64,000 bases of DNA. It comes from Polyangiaceae bacterium. GTDB taxonomy: Bacteria > Myxococcota_A > Polyangia > Polyangiales > Polyangiaceae. Of this stretch, positions 37,513-47,160 are shown piece after piece. Each line of letters starts with the position of its first letter. Within the stretch, counting starts at the first letter, position 1. The stretch lies in assembly GCA_033763455.1 (NCBI GenBank), contig JANRKO010000031.1:1-64000 (forward strand), given 5' to 3'. The notes beneath the pieces are model-generated. The model was not told the origin of the DNA, made no database searches, and saw nothing but the letters and a program-made list of their open reading frames with translations. The position numbers and the translations under genes were made by a program.

Positions 37513-39344
37513 TCAATTGCGCTCACCAGCGCCACAAGCAGCAATAAATACCCCCAATACTTCTGCCGCAAACCGGGCGCAAAGCCTGCTACCCGAGCCG
37601 CCTTGGTACCCCCGAGGGTGAGCTCCGTTTTTGGAGCAATCCGGCTTTCCGAAACGTCTCCCAGGTTCGCCGCAAACGCTTGAGACGAAACCGCGCCCAC
37701 CCACTTCAGACGATAGAACCCAGGCTGCTCGCCAAAGTGCTCGGCACGCCCTTCACGCACCGGCAACGCTACTCTAGAACCATCCGGCTTTTCTAGTTCT
37801 GCAACCTCAAGCCCTGCAGGTACGCGTAAACGCCAAATATCTCCGGTGCGATACGCTGATTGGTACTCGGCATCCTGATCCACGAAGGAATTGATGGCGT
37901 TGAGGATCATCAGTGGCCACGCGACTCGTAAAACTAGGTCGCTATTTTTTGGGTCAAAACCAAGAACTAAGAAAGGCGCGCCCTCCCGGCTTCCACTCAC
38001 CAGAATAGGCCCCCATTCGCTAGCTCCGAGCACGCGATCAGAAGGGAGCGGCTTTAGCGTGAAGCCGCTCGCCACCTGCACATCATCAAGGGCCATCCAA
38101 CGCAAAACGGGGCTCTTCCGCTCCCAGACGTCAAAACCAAAATTCTCAACCTGCCGCCCTCGCTTCACGGGAGAGCCCGCTTCCGGCGGGTTGAGGTAAA
38201 AAGCCGCCCCCGTTTCGGCACTTCGCGGAGGCGCCACGTTATCGAAAATCGTGACGTCAAAGCGGCCTTTCGGCGGGTATTGCGCCTCGCCTACCGTGGA
38301 CACGTCCAAGTACTCATCCAAGAGAAGTGCGGCGTCCAAATACGTATTGCCCTCGCTCACCACTAACACCTTCGCCCGGCGACGCTCTGGCATCAGCGCA
38401 AACGCACGATCATCTTCTTTCAGATAGTCTTTCCCTTCGAGCAAGCGAATGCGCGCCTCAAGCCGCTCGTTGGCGCCCGCGAGGTTCGAAAAGAAGCGTG
38501 GTACACGTTCGCCCGGCAAGAGGCGTAACTGGCTCACGTCAATCAGCTGATCATCTCCCAAGAGAGAGAGCTCTACAAGCGCAGGATTTTTGCCGGCATT
38601 CTCGAGCGCTAACATCACCTCGTAGCGCGACTTATCCAAAGGGTAGCGGCGCGCGGAGAGCTCGGTAACGGCAACGTTGTCCGCGTACTTCCCAACGCCA
38701 ACGAAGCTCAGCTTGGCTTTGCCTGAAACCAAATGCGGCGGCACTTCAAACGCGCCGTCAGAAACGACGATCACTTCCGCGTTGGGTAGCCCCGAAAGCA
38801 CATCCTCCGCAAAGGCGAGCCCCTTTTCGAGATCAAATGCGGTGCCGTGCGCCTCTGCAGCCGCCACAGCCTGGCCAAGCAACGTGACGTCATCAGTAAG
38901 AGGAGAAAGCGGCACCACGGCGGCCGAAGCTTCGGCCAAGAGCAGTCGATCTTCGTTCTTCAGGCCAGAAATGAGCTCCTTTACCTTGCCTTTGGCCAAC
39001 TCCAAACGGCTTGGGACTTCATCCTTGGCTGCCATGGAAGCACTCGTGTCCAGAAGCACGACCACATTGCGCGCACCTGCGGCGCTAGCTTTCGGCCGCG
39101 GATCTCCCAGAGCCAAGACCAGCGCCAAGACCATCATGAGCTGCAGCAAGAGCGAAAGCCACCGCTTGAGCTGAGAGAAAAATGTCGAGCTCTCTCGATC
39201 GCGCAGCACCGTTTCCCAGAGCCGCGCGAAAGGCACCGGCACGGAGCGACGGCGCAACTTCAGAATATAGAGGGCTACCGTGCAAAGCGTCGCCGCAGCA
39301 CCAAGGAGCAGCAGAGTATTGAGCGGAAGGCCAGCCAAGAACAT
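37479..39344 (-). CDS. BatA-like N-terminal plus vWA domain membrane protein
   Basis: LYILKLRRR.V.VP...LW, LLDTSASM, VVSDG, C-terminal TM ending EW..YHRR. Confidence 0.9.
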   Translation of the reverse strand: MFLAGLPLNTLLLLGAAATLCTVALYILKLRRRSVPVPFARLWETVLRDRESSTFFSQLKRWLSLLLQLMMVLALVLALGDPRPKASAAGARNVVVLLDTSASMAAKDEVPSRLELAKGKVKELISGLKNEDRLLLAEASAAVVPLSPLTDDVTLLGQAVAAAEAHGTAFDLEKGLAFAEDVLSGLPNAEVIVVSDGAFEVPPHLVSGKAKLSFVGVGKYADNVAVTELSARRYPLDKSRYEVMLALENAGKNPALVELSLLGDDQLIDVSQLRLLPGERVPRFFSNLAGANERLEARIRLLEGKDYLKEDDRAFALMPERRRAKVLVVSEGNTYLDAALLLDEYLDVSTVGEAQYPPKGRFDVTIFDNVAPPRSAETGAAFYLNPPEAGSPVKRGRQVENFGFDVWERKSPVLRWMALDDVQVASGFTLKPLPSDRVLGASEWGPILVSGSREGAPFLVLGFDPKNSDLVLRVAWPLMILNAINSFVDQDAEYQSAYRTGDIWRLRVPAGLEVAELEKPDGSRVALPVREGRAEHFGEQPGFYRLKWVGAVSSQAFAANLGDVSESRIAPKTELTLGGTKAARVAGFAPGLRQKYWGYLLLLVALVSAIEWFTYHRRLTV

Positions 39345-40285
39345 CAGCGCAAAAACCCTCCACGCCGGAACACCCGGAGCACCTGCTCTTCAAACGGCAC
39401 CTCGATGTTCGCCGCAAAATACGGCACTTGGCGGCTGGCACAAAAGCGTTCAATCGCCTCCTGATAGTGCGCGACGGCTTGGTTCACCTTCTGCAAAAGC
39501 GCAGCCGTGATGGTCACATCGCGTTCCTCCCCCGTTTCACAGTCGTAGATGCGCACGTCTCCCTGAAGATCGCTCCCGGTATCTCGCGGATCCACCAAGT
39601 GGAGCACATAAGGCTCGAACTTGTTGAAGCGCAACACGTTGATGCCTCGCTCGAAGCCGGCCGGATCGTAAAGATCGCTGATCAATACGGCCAACCCTCT
39701 CCGCTTGTGTTGAGCCACAAATTTGGTGAGGCACGCCTCAAGATCAGTGACGCCTTCGGGACGAAGCTCGCTCAGAAATCGAAAGATCTGGCGGATCCGG
39801 CCTTTGCCGCGAGTTGCGGGCAGCGTGCTTTTGATCTGATCGCTCACTCCGACGATCGTTACGCGATCCAAATTGGCAAGCCCCACGTACGCCAAGGCTG
39901 CACACAGCCGCCGAGCCTGATCGAACTTTCGTTGATCCCGGAAGCCCATGGAGCTCGAACAATCCACCAGAAAATAGATACTGAGATCTTCTTCCTCTTC
40001 GTACAAACGCACCAAGAGGCGCCCGAACCTCCGATACGCATTCCAATCCACCGAACGAAAATCATCCCCCACTGAGTATTCGCGATGGTCGGCGAATTCG
40101 ATGCCGCTTCCCTTTTTCTTACTGCGGCGCTCGGCGCGCAGGCGCCCCGCAAACACACGTCGGCTCACCACCGAAAGCATCTCCAGCTTCTTCTGAAATT
40201 CGTCGTCGAAGAGCGCGGATGTCGACGCGGTGGCGCGCTTCTTTGTCGCCTTCTCCCCGCGCTGAAAAAGCTCGAACAGCCCCAT
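39344..40285 (-). CDS. DUF58 domain protein (MoxR partner)
   Basis: GSGIEFADHREY..GDDFR.VDWN, VDCSSSM, LISDL. Confidence 0.95.
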   Translation of the reverse strand: MGLFELFQRGEKATKKRATASTSALFDDEFQKKLEMLSVVSRRVFAGRLRAERRSKKKGSGIEFADHREYSVGDDFRSVDWNAYRRFGRLLVRLYEEEEDLSIYFLVDCSSSMGFRDQRKFDQARRLCAALAYVGLANLDRVTIVGVSDQIKSTLPATRGKGRIRQIFRFLSELRPEGVTDLEACLTKFVAQHKRRGLAVLISDLYDPAGFERGINVLRFNKFEPYVLHLVDPRDTGSDLQGDVRIYDCETGEERDVTITAALLQKVNQAVAHYQEAIERFCASRQVPYFAANIEVPFEEQVLRVFRRGGFLR

Positions 40286-40289
40286 GCGC

Positions 40290-41303
40290 TTAGGCCGTCT
40301 CGGGTAGCTGGCTGAGGATTTGTTGGATCACGGCATCCGTGGTGACCCCTTCGGCTTCGCCTTCAAAATTCAGAAGAATACGATGACGCAAGGCGAGGGG
40401 GGCCACCGCTTTGACATCGTCAATTCCAGGCGCGAAACGCCCATCAAACAACGCTTGGATCTTGGCTCCCAGGAGCATGGCTTGAAGCCCGCGCGGGGAA
40501 GCCCCCGTGCGTACAAACCGCTGCACTTGCTCAAAGCCTTTGCCAGTAGCTGCATGCGTCGACTGAAGCAGGCGAATCGCGTAGTCTTGCACGTGGCGAG
40601 CCACCGCCACCTGGCGCACGAGCTTCTGCATTTCTAGAATCTCCGCGCGCTGCAGCACGGGTTGAACGCTCACTTCCTGCTCGGTGGTAGTGCGATCCAC
40701 AATGGTGTGCAGCTCTTCTCGCGAGGGGAAGGTCACTTCCAACTTGTAGAAGAAGCGATCCAACTGGGCTTCGGGCAATGGATAGGTGCCCTCCATTTCC
40801 AATGGGTTCTGCGTAGCCATCACCAAGTAAGGCTCTTCGATGGTGTAGGTGGTGCGACCCACAGTGACGCGGTGCTCCTGCATGGCCTCAAGGAGTGCGC
40901 TTTGGGTTTTGGGTGTGGCGCGGTTCACCTCATCCGCCAAGACAATGTGCGAGAAAATAGGGCCCTTTCGGAACTCGAAGGTTTTCCCACCCTGCGCGCC
41001 TTCGTCGATGATGGTGGTGCCGATAATATCCGCGGGCATCAGATCGGGCGTGAACTGGATACGAGAAAAATCCAAACGCACGGCCTGCGCTAACGTCCGC
41101 ACCAGCATCGTTTTGCCAAGCCCCGGCACGCCTTCCAGAAGCGCGTGCGACCCCGCCAAAAGGCAAGCTATCACCCCATCCACCACTGAGGATTGGCCGA
41201 CAATTACGCGCCCAATCTCCGCTCGCAGCGCGCCCACTCGTCGCTGAAATTCCTCAACCTCTAGCTTAACGTTTTCGCTCATTGGTATCGCTCTTTCATT
41301 CAC
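40290..41303 (-). CDS. moxR: MoxR family AAA+ ATPase
   Basis: GVPGLGKT, RIQFTPDLMPADI, LADEVNRATPKTQSALLEAMQE, ATQNPLEMEGTYPLPEAQLDRF. Confidence 0.96.
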   Translation of the reverse strand: MNERAIPMSENVKLEVEEFQRRVGALRAEIGRVIVGQSSVVDGVIACLLAGSHALLEGVPGLGKTMLVRTLAQAVRLDFSRIQFTPDLMPADIIGTTIIDEGAQGGKTFEFRKGPIFSHIVLADEVNRATPKTQSALLEAMQEHRVTVGRTTYTIEEPYLVMATQNPLEMEGTYPLPEAQLDRFFYKLEVTFPSREELHTIVDRTTTEQEVSVQPVLQRAEILEMQKLVRQVAVARHVQDYAIRLLQSTHAATGKGFEQVQRFVRTGASPRGLQAMLLGAKIQALFDGRFAPGIDDVKAVAPLALRHRILLNFEGEAEGVTTDAVIQQILSQLPETA

Positions 41304-43170
41304 GCGGACGAATTAACTGAAAATACCGGCGCACATAAAAACGATAACCGGCCGGAACTTCGTCACTGTGAAGCACATCTTCGGCCACAGTTCGATAATC
41401 GGTGTAAACCTTGCTGTAACCGCGCCCCACAAATCCACGTTGAGCCGCCCCTTGAATTACCTCGGCCGATGCAGTGCCCTCACCCGTATCGGCGGCGACG
41501 GCGGAAACATCTTTGTATTGCCCATCGAGCTTGGTTGGATCTCCGCGCAGATTCTCATCGTGCCCAACCCCTGCCTCCGCCCCGCGCGAGCCGGGCCCAT
41601 CGCCCCGGCCAGCCTTCTCACCACCAGGCATTCCCGGCTGCCCTGAGCCCGGTATTTCTACCCCAGGCCCGCTGCCGCCGCGACGCAACGTGATGGGGCC
41701 TTTTTGATCTTTGCCGTCTCCTTGGCCCGGAGGCGAACCTTCACCCGGTGAGCCGTTCTGGCCTCGCGCTTTCTGGCCAAAACGCAGCAAACGCTTCATC
41801 TGCTCTTTGCCGGCTTGGCCCTGCTGACGCAAAAGATCGCGCAGCTCCTCCAGGCGCTTTTTGAGCTGCTCTTTATCCTGCTGCGATGATTGCTGCTGAG
41901 CCGTCCGGTTGAGCTGCTCTGCACCCTCTTCCAAATCTTTGGCCGAGAGCCCCGCCTCCTTCATCAACTTCTGTGCGGCTTCAGCGAGCTCCTTATCCAA
42001 ACCCGAGAGCCCTTTGCCAGCGGCTTGTGCTTCACGCTTCTCACGATCAAGCCGCTCTAGGCGGCGTTCGAGCTCCTTTTGCTCGGCCGCTTCTTTGGGT
42101 GAGAGCTTCTCCCCTTTCTTTTTCTTGTTGAGAAGCCGGCGCTGCTGACTCATCAACTCCTGGCGACGCGATTCGATGCGCTGCTCACGTTTCTGCGTTT
42201 GCTGGCTGGCTGCCTCAAGAGCCTTCTTCAGGCGCTCAAGATCTTGCTGACTCAGCTTCTGCTTCTGTTCGCGCAGCTTGGCCGCGAGCTTCTCCAATTC
42301 CTTCTTCGCCGCGGGCAAATCGCGGCGCAAAAGTGCGTCCCCGAGCGGTTTGCTTTCTCGGCTCGCCTTGAGCTCAGTTCCCCGATCGGCCAAAGCCGCG
42401 TCAAATGCTTCCTTCTCGGCCTGCGAAGCATCCGCAAGCTCTCTTTCAAGCGCGTCGAGGCGGCGGAACACTTCATCGCGAGATATGCGTTCGGCCGCAA
42501 TATCTAAGATCAGCTGGTTGAAGCGGGATACGGCCCGGCTCATCTCGGGCTGTGAGGATTCGGCCAAGCGCGCCGCCACATCTTTGAAGTACTCCACATC
42601 ATCTGCGGTAAGCACGAGCGCTTTGGACCGGACAGGCAACTCCGGTGGCGGGGGCGGAGCAACGCGCACCTCCAAAAAAGAGATGGCAGACAGCCCGACA
42701 GCCAGAGCAATAGACCAAGGTAGCTCTCGGGGAAACACGAAGGGAACCGCGCGCTTGGCCGACAGCGTTTCGGCGACTGCCTCGGCGTCAGCAATGGCGG
42801 CTTGCATGAACGGTGTGCGCGCCTTCTCCGGAACCTCACTGAAAGAGAGCGCGTTGGCCACACGCCCCTTCAGATGGTGGGAGTGGTCGAGCAGAAGAGC
42901 GCCGGCTCCGGCTTGCGGCCTCCGCACAAAAGTGAAGAAGACCACCACCAACCATGCCCCCGCGAGCAGGCCGCCGATAGTGAGCAGCGCCGTAGACAAA
43001 GATCCCGGCGGCTGCCCGAGCTTCATGTAGGTCAGAGCAAGCGCTCCATAGCCAAGCGGTACCGGAGCCAGACGGCTGGCCACCGCGCTCGTGCGATTGA
43101 GTCGGAGGCGAAGCTCCGCCGAGCGCGCCGCGCCACGCAAAGCTGATAGCTGCCGGAAGCTGGTTCCCAA
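41296..43170 (-). CDS. Membrane-anchored coiled-coil protein typical of MoxR-vWA operons
   Basis: N-terminal TMs, LDH..HLKGRVANAL, long coiled coil, Gly-rich linker, C-terminal VPAGYRFYVRRYF. Confidence 0.8.
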   Translation of the reverse strand: MGTSFRQLSALRGAARSAELRLRLNRTSAVASRLAPVPLGYGALALTYMKLGQPPGSLSTALLTIGGLLAGAWLVVVFFTFVRRPQAGAGALLLDHSHHLKGRVANALSFSEVPEKARTPFMQAAIADAEAVAETLSAKRAVPFVFPRELPWSIALAVGLSAISFLEVRVAPPPPPELPVRSKALVLTADDVEYFKDVAARLAESSQPEMSRAVSRFNQLILDIAAERISRDEVFRRLDALERELADASQAEKEAFDAALADRGTELKASRESKPLGDALLRRDLPAAKKELEKLAAKLREQKQKLSQQDLERLKKALEAASQQTQKREQRIESRRQELMSQQRRLLNKKKKGEKLSPKEAAEQKELERRLERLDREKREAQAAGKGLSGLDKELAEAAQKLMKEAGLSAKDLEEGAEQLNRTAQQQSSQQDKEQLKKRLEELRDLLRQQGQAGKEQMKRLLRFGQKARGQNGSPGEGSPPGQGDGKDQKGPITLRRGGSGPGVEIPGSGQPGMPGGEKAGRGDGPGSRGAEAGVGHDENLRGDPTKLDGQYKDVSAVAADTGEGTASAEVIQGAAQRGFVGRGYSKVYTDYRTVAEDVLHSDEVPAGYRFYVRRYFQLIRPRE

Positions 43171-43495
43171 GGTTTATAGCTCCAAGATGAACGCGACTCG
43201 TGAGGAAGGCGGACCCGAATGCAGACACGCGGGCCTTCCTCGACCTTGGCCAATGCTAGCGCGCCCACCGCCCCGCCACCCACCACTTCAGCCGAAAATC
43301 GGCGACTCGAAGCCCACTTTCGCTCTCGAAGCGGATCCGTTGGGGGGCAAGCGCGGCCTGTTACGGAAGTCCATGCGCCCCGTACGGCAGCAAAGCGTTT
43401 ACCCGCCCGAGGGCTTCGAGCATTTAGCACTCCCCTGCGCGGCCAGTTAGCGGTACTTTCCGGGCCTTAAGCGGCTTTTTTTGAGCGAGGAGAAA

Positions 43496-44644
43496 ATGGC
43501 GGATTCAAAAACGGTAGTTCTGGTTGCTGACGACGAGCCGAGCACGCTCGCTATGGTCTCTGCGCACTTGCGAGGCAAAGGTTTTCGTGTCCTCGAGGCG
43601 ACTGACGGCGATCAGGCTTGGGAGCTCGCGCACGAACACCTGCCGCACCTGGTGGTACTCGATGTGATGATGCCGGGCATGAGTGGGTGGGAGGTCTGCA
43701 AGAAGATCCGCGAAGCCGTCTCGCTCGCCCACGCAGGCGTTATCATGTTGACTGGTATCGGCGACGCGCTCAACGAAATGACCTCGCCCCTTTATGGTGC
43801 AGATGCCTACGTCGACAAGCCTTTTGAATTCGCCGATCTCGATCGCAAGATCGACGAGACGCTCGCACGTCGCCGCGAGGGTGCACTCGGCCGCGCTGAT
43901 TTTGACGACGACAGCGAAAGCACTGGGCCCGCTTCAACGGGGCCTGGGCTTGCCAAGGCCAAAAGCCCCAAACGAAGTGTGCGCTTGAAGAAAGCAGCAG
44001 CCACGCAAACGGAGCTCGCGTTCGTGAGTGTGCTCAGTGCTTCAACCCCTGAGAAGCTAGAGCAGCCAGCCGCCAAAAAGCCCACGAGTGAGCCCAAAGT
44101 GGCCAAGAAATCCGCGCCCAGCGCGAAAGCTAAGCCCGCAAAGCCTGTGGCCGAAAAACCTGTGGCGAACGCGAAGCCTGCCGCCAAAGCTGCCAAGTCA
44201 CCAGCGAACGCGAAGCCTGCTGCCAAAGCTGCTAAGTCAGCAGCGAACGCGAAGCCTGCTGCCAAAGCTGCTAAGCCCGTAGCTAAAGCTGCGAAGAAGC
44301 CTGCTGCCAAAGCTGCTAAGCCCGTAGCTAAAGCTGCGAAGAAGCCTGCTGCCAAAGCTGCTAAGCCTGTTGCGAAAGCTAAGCCCGTAGCTAAAGCTGC
44401 GAAGAAGCCTGCTGCCAAAGCTGCTAAGCCCGTGGCGAAAGCTAAACCCGTGGCAAAAGCTGCTAAGCCTGTAGCTAAGGCTGCGAAGAAGCCTGCCGCC
44501 AAAGCTGCGAAGCCTGTTGCGAAAGCTAAGCCTGCTACCAAGGCTGCGAAGGGGCCCGTCGCTCAGAGAGGTGCCGCTAAAGCGCCCCCCAAGGCAGCCA
44601 AGCCGACGAAAAAGCCCGGCAAGAAATCCAACAAACGCGGCTGA
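43496..44644 (+). CDS. Response regulator receiver domain fused to a histone H1-like PAAK-repeat tail
   Basis: VADDE, LDVMMP, MLTG, DKPF receiver motifs; about 150 aa of KPAAKAAKPVAK repeats. Confidence 0.9.
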   Translation: MADSKTVVLVADDEPSTLAMVSAHLRGKGFRVLEATDGDQAWELAHEHLPHLVVLDVMMPGMSGWEVCKKIREAVSLAHAGVIMLTGIGDALNEMTSPLYGADAYVDKPFEFADLDRKIDETLARRREGALGRADFDDDSESTGPASTGPGLAKAKSPKRSVRLKKAAATQTELAFVSVLSASTPEKLEQPAAKKPTSEPKVAKKSAPSAKAKPAKPVAEKPVANAKPAAKAAKSPANAKPAAKAAKSAANAKPAAKAAKPVAKAAKKPAAKAAKPVAKAAKKPAAKAAKPVAKAKPVAKAAKKPAAKAAKPVAKAKPVAKAAKPVAKAAKKPAAKAAKPVAKAKPATKAAKGPVAQRGAAKAPPKAAKPTKKPGKKSNKRG

Positions 44645-44731
44645 TCCAGCGGTGCGGCGTGATCGGCGCGCTTAGGTGATCCTCGAGCGAGACGGGCTGG
44701 AACCCGTTGAATCCGCACGGAAGCGGAAATC

Positions 44732-45327
44732 TCACAAGGCCCGATGGCGACGAAAGCTGAGCTGCTCAGGTAACCACCTACCAGGATCAGCCATGCATTC
44801 GGCGAACGAGCGCGCAAAAAGCTCGGCGGGCACCGAGACTTCGAATTCACGCGTGTCCCGCTTGATGGCCATGTTGCCAAGGATAGGACACGAGATCTCC
44901 CCGAGGTCGGACACGTGAATGCCTCCACGCACGGAAGCCTTAGTAGATGTTCAGCTCCTTGAGCTTGTTGTAAAGCGTGCGACGGCTGACGCGAAGCAGA
45001 CGTGGTGGGAGGATAGTAGAGCGTGGGCGTGCGCAGCAGAATGCGCAGGCCCTGGGTGATCGGAATTCCACCTCGGGGTCGAAAACCGAATCCGCTGACG
45101 ATTGGCGTCGTACCAGCGAGAACACCGAACGCGGCATAGTCGGTGACACCCATCGACAACTCACCCATCACGGGAAAAGGGATCCCTGTGGCAAGCGCAA
45201 CTCCGAAGTTGCCGTTACCCGGTAGCCAAGGATCGGATGAAGGCGAAGCGCTGCGATCGGATAACGGCGCTGCGCCGGCAAGCGCCGTCGTCAATAGTAT
45301 CGCGAGAGCAAGGCAAGTGGGTTTCAT
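44732..45327 (-). pseudogene. Chimeric remnants: secreted-protein N-terminus joined to a Fis-type HTH C-terminus, followed by a short truncated ORF
   Basis: Signal peptide MKPTCLALAILL; junction near 45003 to RLLRVSRRTLYNKLKELNIY*; then GGAGG-GTG ORF 44914-44732. Confidence 0.6.
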
Positions 45328-45557
45328 GCCTCTGCCTTCAGCAGCTAGCGTGCCAGCCTGAAAGCTCCGCTTTTGCCGAATCTTTCGCTCCTTTGCTCGT
45401 GTGCAGGGGTGTGCAGCTCTGCGCACTCGATACACAATGCGGCCCCGCGCTTGGTGGCCTTGTCGCGGTCGCCCGCCTGCCGCACGAAGCTGCCCAACTC
45501 AGCAAACAACGCCGGCATCGCTGGGCTCAGCCATGAACCGTCCGCCAGCTAAGCTGC

Positions 45558-45589
45558 TTGCCTACTTAGGTATGATAAACTATCATACC
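45558..45589 (+). promoter_or_regulatory. Sigma70-like promoter with overlapping palindromic operator of the TA operon
   Basis: TTGCCT-N17-TATCAT; perfect inverted repeat GGTATGATA-aac-TATCATACC. Confidence 0.75.
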
Positions 45590-45593
45590 AACC

Positions 45594-45836
45594 ATGCCCA
45601 AGGCGAAGGTAGCTATCACGTTGGAACGCTCTACATTGGAGCGTTTAGACCGGCTGGTGGAAAGGGCGCGGTTCCTCAACCGTAGCCAGGCGGTCGAGAT
45701 CGCGGTGGAAGAGAAACTCGCGCGGTTAGAGCGAAGTCGGCTCGCCGAAGAATGTGCCAAGCTCGATCCTACGGAAGAGCGGGCTCTCGCCAATTTGGGT
45801 TGGGAAGCAGACGGTGAAGCGTGGCCGGAATACTGA
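45594..45836 (+). CDS. Ribbon-helix-helix antitoxin
   Basis: KVAITL...LDRLV...NRSQAVE RHH pattern; acidic C-terminus; overlaps the toxin gene. Confidence 0.85.
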   Translation: MPKAKVAITLERSTLERLDRLVERARFLNRSQAVEIAVEEKLARLERSRLAEECAKLDPTEERALANLGWEADGEAWPEY

Positions 45837-46159
45837 GGGGCGAGCTGCGATGGGCAGACCTTGATCCGACGCGTGGGCGTGAACAATCAGGTCTTCGGCC
45901 CGTGCTGATCTTGAGTCATGACGTTTTCAACGCGCGCTCGGGGACCGTTATCGCAATGGCTCTTACGAGCCAGCCTCAGCGTGCCGGGTTTCCTTTGACG
46001 CTGGAGCCGACGAGCTCGAAGCTAAAGAAGCCATCGTGGTTGAAGATCAGCCAGATCCGTACACTCTCCGTGGAACGTATCGGGAAACGGCTGGGGCGAC
46101 TGTCTGCGGAGGAGCTCAGCCAAGCCGTCGAAGGGCTCAATGAGATCATCGGCGCATGA
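45821..46159 (+). CDS. mazF: PemK/MazF family endoribonuclease toxin
   Basis: RGE..WADLDPTRGREQ.G.RPVLILS, SQIRTLS.ERI. Confidence 0.92.
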   Translation: MAGILRGELRWADLDPTRGREQSGLRPVLILSHDVFNARSGTVIAMALTSQPQRAGFPLTLEPTSSKLKKPSWLKISQIRTLSVERIGKRLGRLSAEELSQAVEGLNEIIGA

Positions 46160-46380
46160 ATCCGCGTTGGAGCTAGGGGGTTGCGACGACGACCCCGACC
46201 ACTCCGCCCCGCGCGCGTCAACGAGCTTTCGGAGCTTGGAGAAGCGCGCTGATTCGTAAAACAGTTTCTCAGCGAGCAAGCGCAGAACACCATCAAGACC
46301 TGTGCAGCAAGTGAGCAGCGCTGCACACCCTTGCACACGCGGCACCGGTTGAAACCCCGGCAATACTGGCAGTTTGAAGG

Positions 46381-46396
46381 TGGCACGCTTGCTGCT
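46381..46396 (+). promoter_or_regulatory. Putative sigma54 promoter
   Basis: TGGCACGCTTGCTGCT, GG-N10-GC spacing, about 50 nt before the next ATG. Confidence 0.55.
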
Positions 46397-46446
46397 CAAG
46401 ACCGAACAGAAAACGCCTACCCAAGGATTCTGAGAGGTTGGAAGGA

Positions 46447-47109
46447 ATGAAATACAATCATATGTCCAATGGTGTCGTGGCATCTTGCAGGAGGGGGCTG
46501 CTCCTTGTCGCCCTGCTCATAGCCCCAATGGCGGCTACAAAGCCCGCCCAGGCGCAGGCCGCAAGCCACGCTGGCACAGGCTCGGAACGTCGGGAACGGC
46601 CGCCTGCAGCAGCACCACCAGTTACTCGCTGGTATGGGTACCAGACGGGGCTGAGCGATGTTGCGGCGGTGGGTATGATCTACGGAGCCGTGGCGACCTA
46701 CGAATTCTGTTGGAACCTGGGGATCTCTTTGAATGATCACCCCGCTGGAGACGAAGGATCGGAGTCGTGCGACAACAGCAGCTCTACCGCTTTCGCTCTC
46801 GCGGGCGCGGGGACATACCTGTTCGGCGCTCCAACGGTCCACGCCCTCCACGGCTCTTGGGAGAAGGCGGGCTTGAGCTTTGGGATGCGTTCATTGCCAA
46901 TCGTCCTAGGTGTGGGTTTGGCCCAATCAGAAGAAACGAATGGTTTAGCAGCAGCGGTGCTGATTGCCGGTCCCTTGTTGGCAATGACCATCGACCACGC
47001 ATGGCTTGCGCGCGAGGAAGCTAAGGCGCAAGGCAGTGCCTGGTATGTCGCCCCAACAGTGGATCTGAAGAAAAGTGCCGCTCACCTGTCTGTTGGAGCC
47101 TCGTTCTGA
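46447..47109 (+). CDS. Secreted/membrane hypothetical protein
   Basis: Signal peptide, WYGYQT...D, Y.FGAPTVHALHG motif, Gly-rich hydrophobic helices, terminal Phe. Confidence 0.7.
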   Translation: MKYNHMSNGVVASCRRGLLLVALLIAPMAATKPAQAQAASHAGTGSERRERPPAAAPPVTRWYGYQTGLSDVAAVGMIYGAVATYEFCWNLGISLNDHPAGDEGSESCDNSSSTAFALAGAGTYLFGAPTVHALHGSWEKAGLSFGMRSLPIVLGVGLAQSEETNGLAAAVLIAGPLLAMTIDHAWLAREEAKAQGSAWYVAPTVDLKKSAAHLSVGASF

Positions 47110-47160
47110 ATCACCGCCAGCAAACGGCCTCGCAGCCACTGCTTTCGCCGGGGCCCGAAG

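Noticed and set aside
43424..43450. Second CIRCE element
   Set aside because: The left arm TTAGCACTC is perfect but the right arm matches only 4/9
43807..44541. Long hydrophobic minus-strand ORF, and similar shadow ORFs at 31353-31691 and 61552-62061
   Set aside because: These are antisense shadows of Lys/Ala/Thr-rich repeats in real genes on the opposite strand
45594..46159. TA pair as a novel system
   Set aside because: It is an ordinary RHH antitoxin plus MazF pair with a standard palindromic operator
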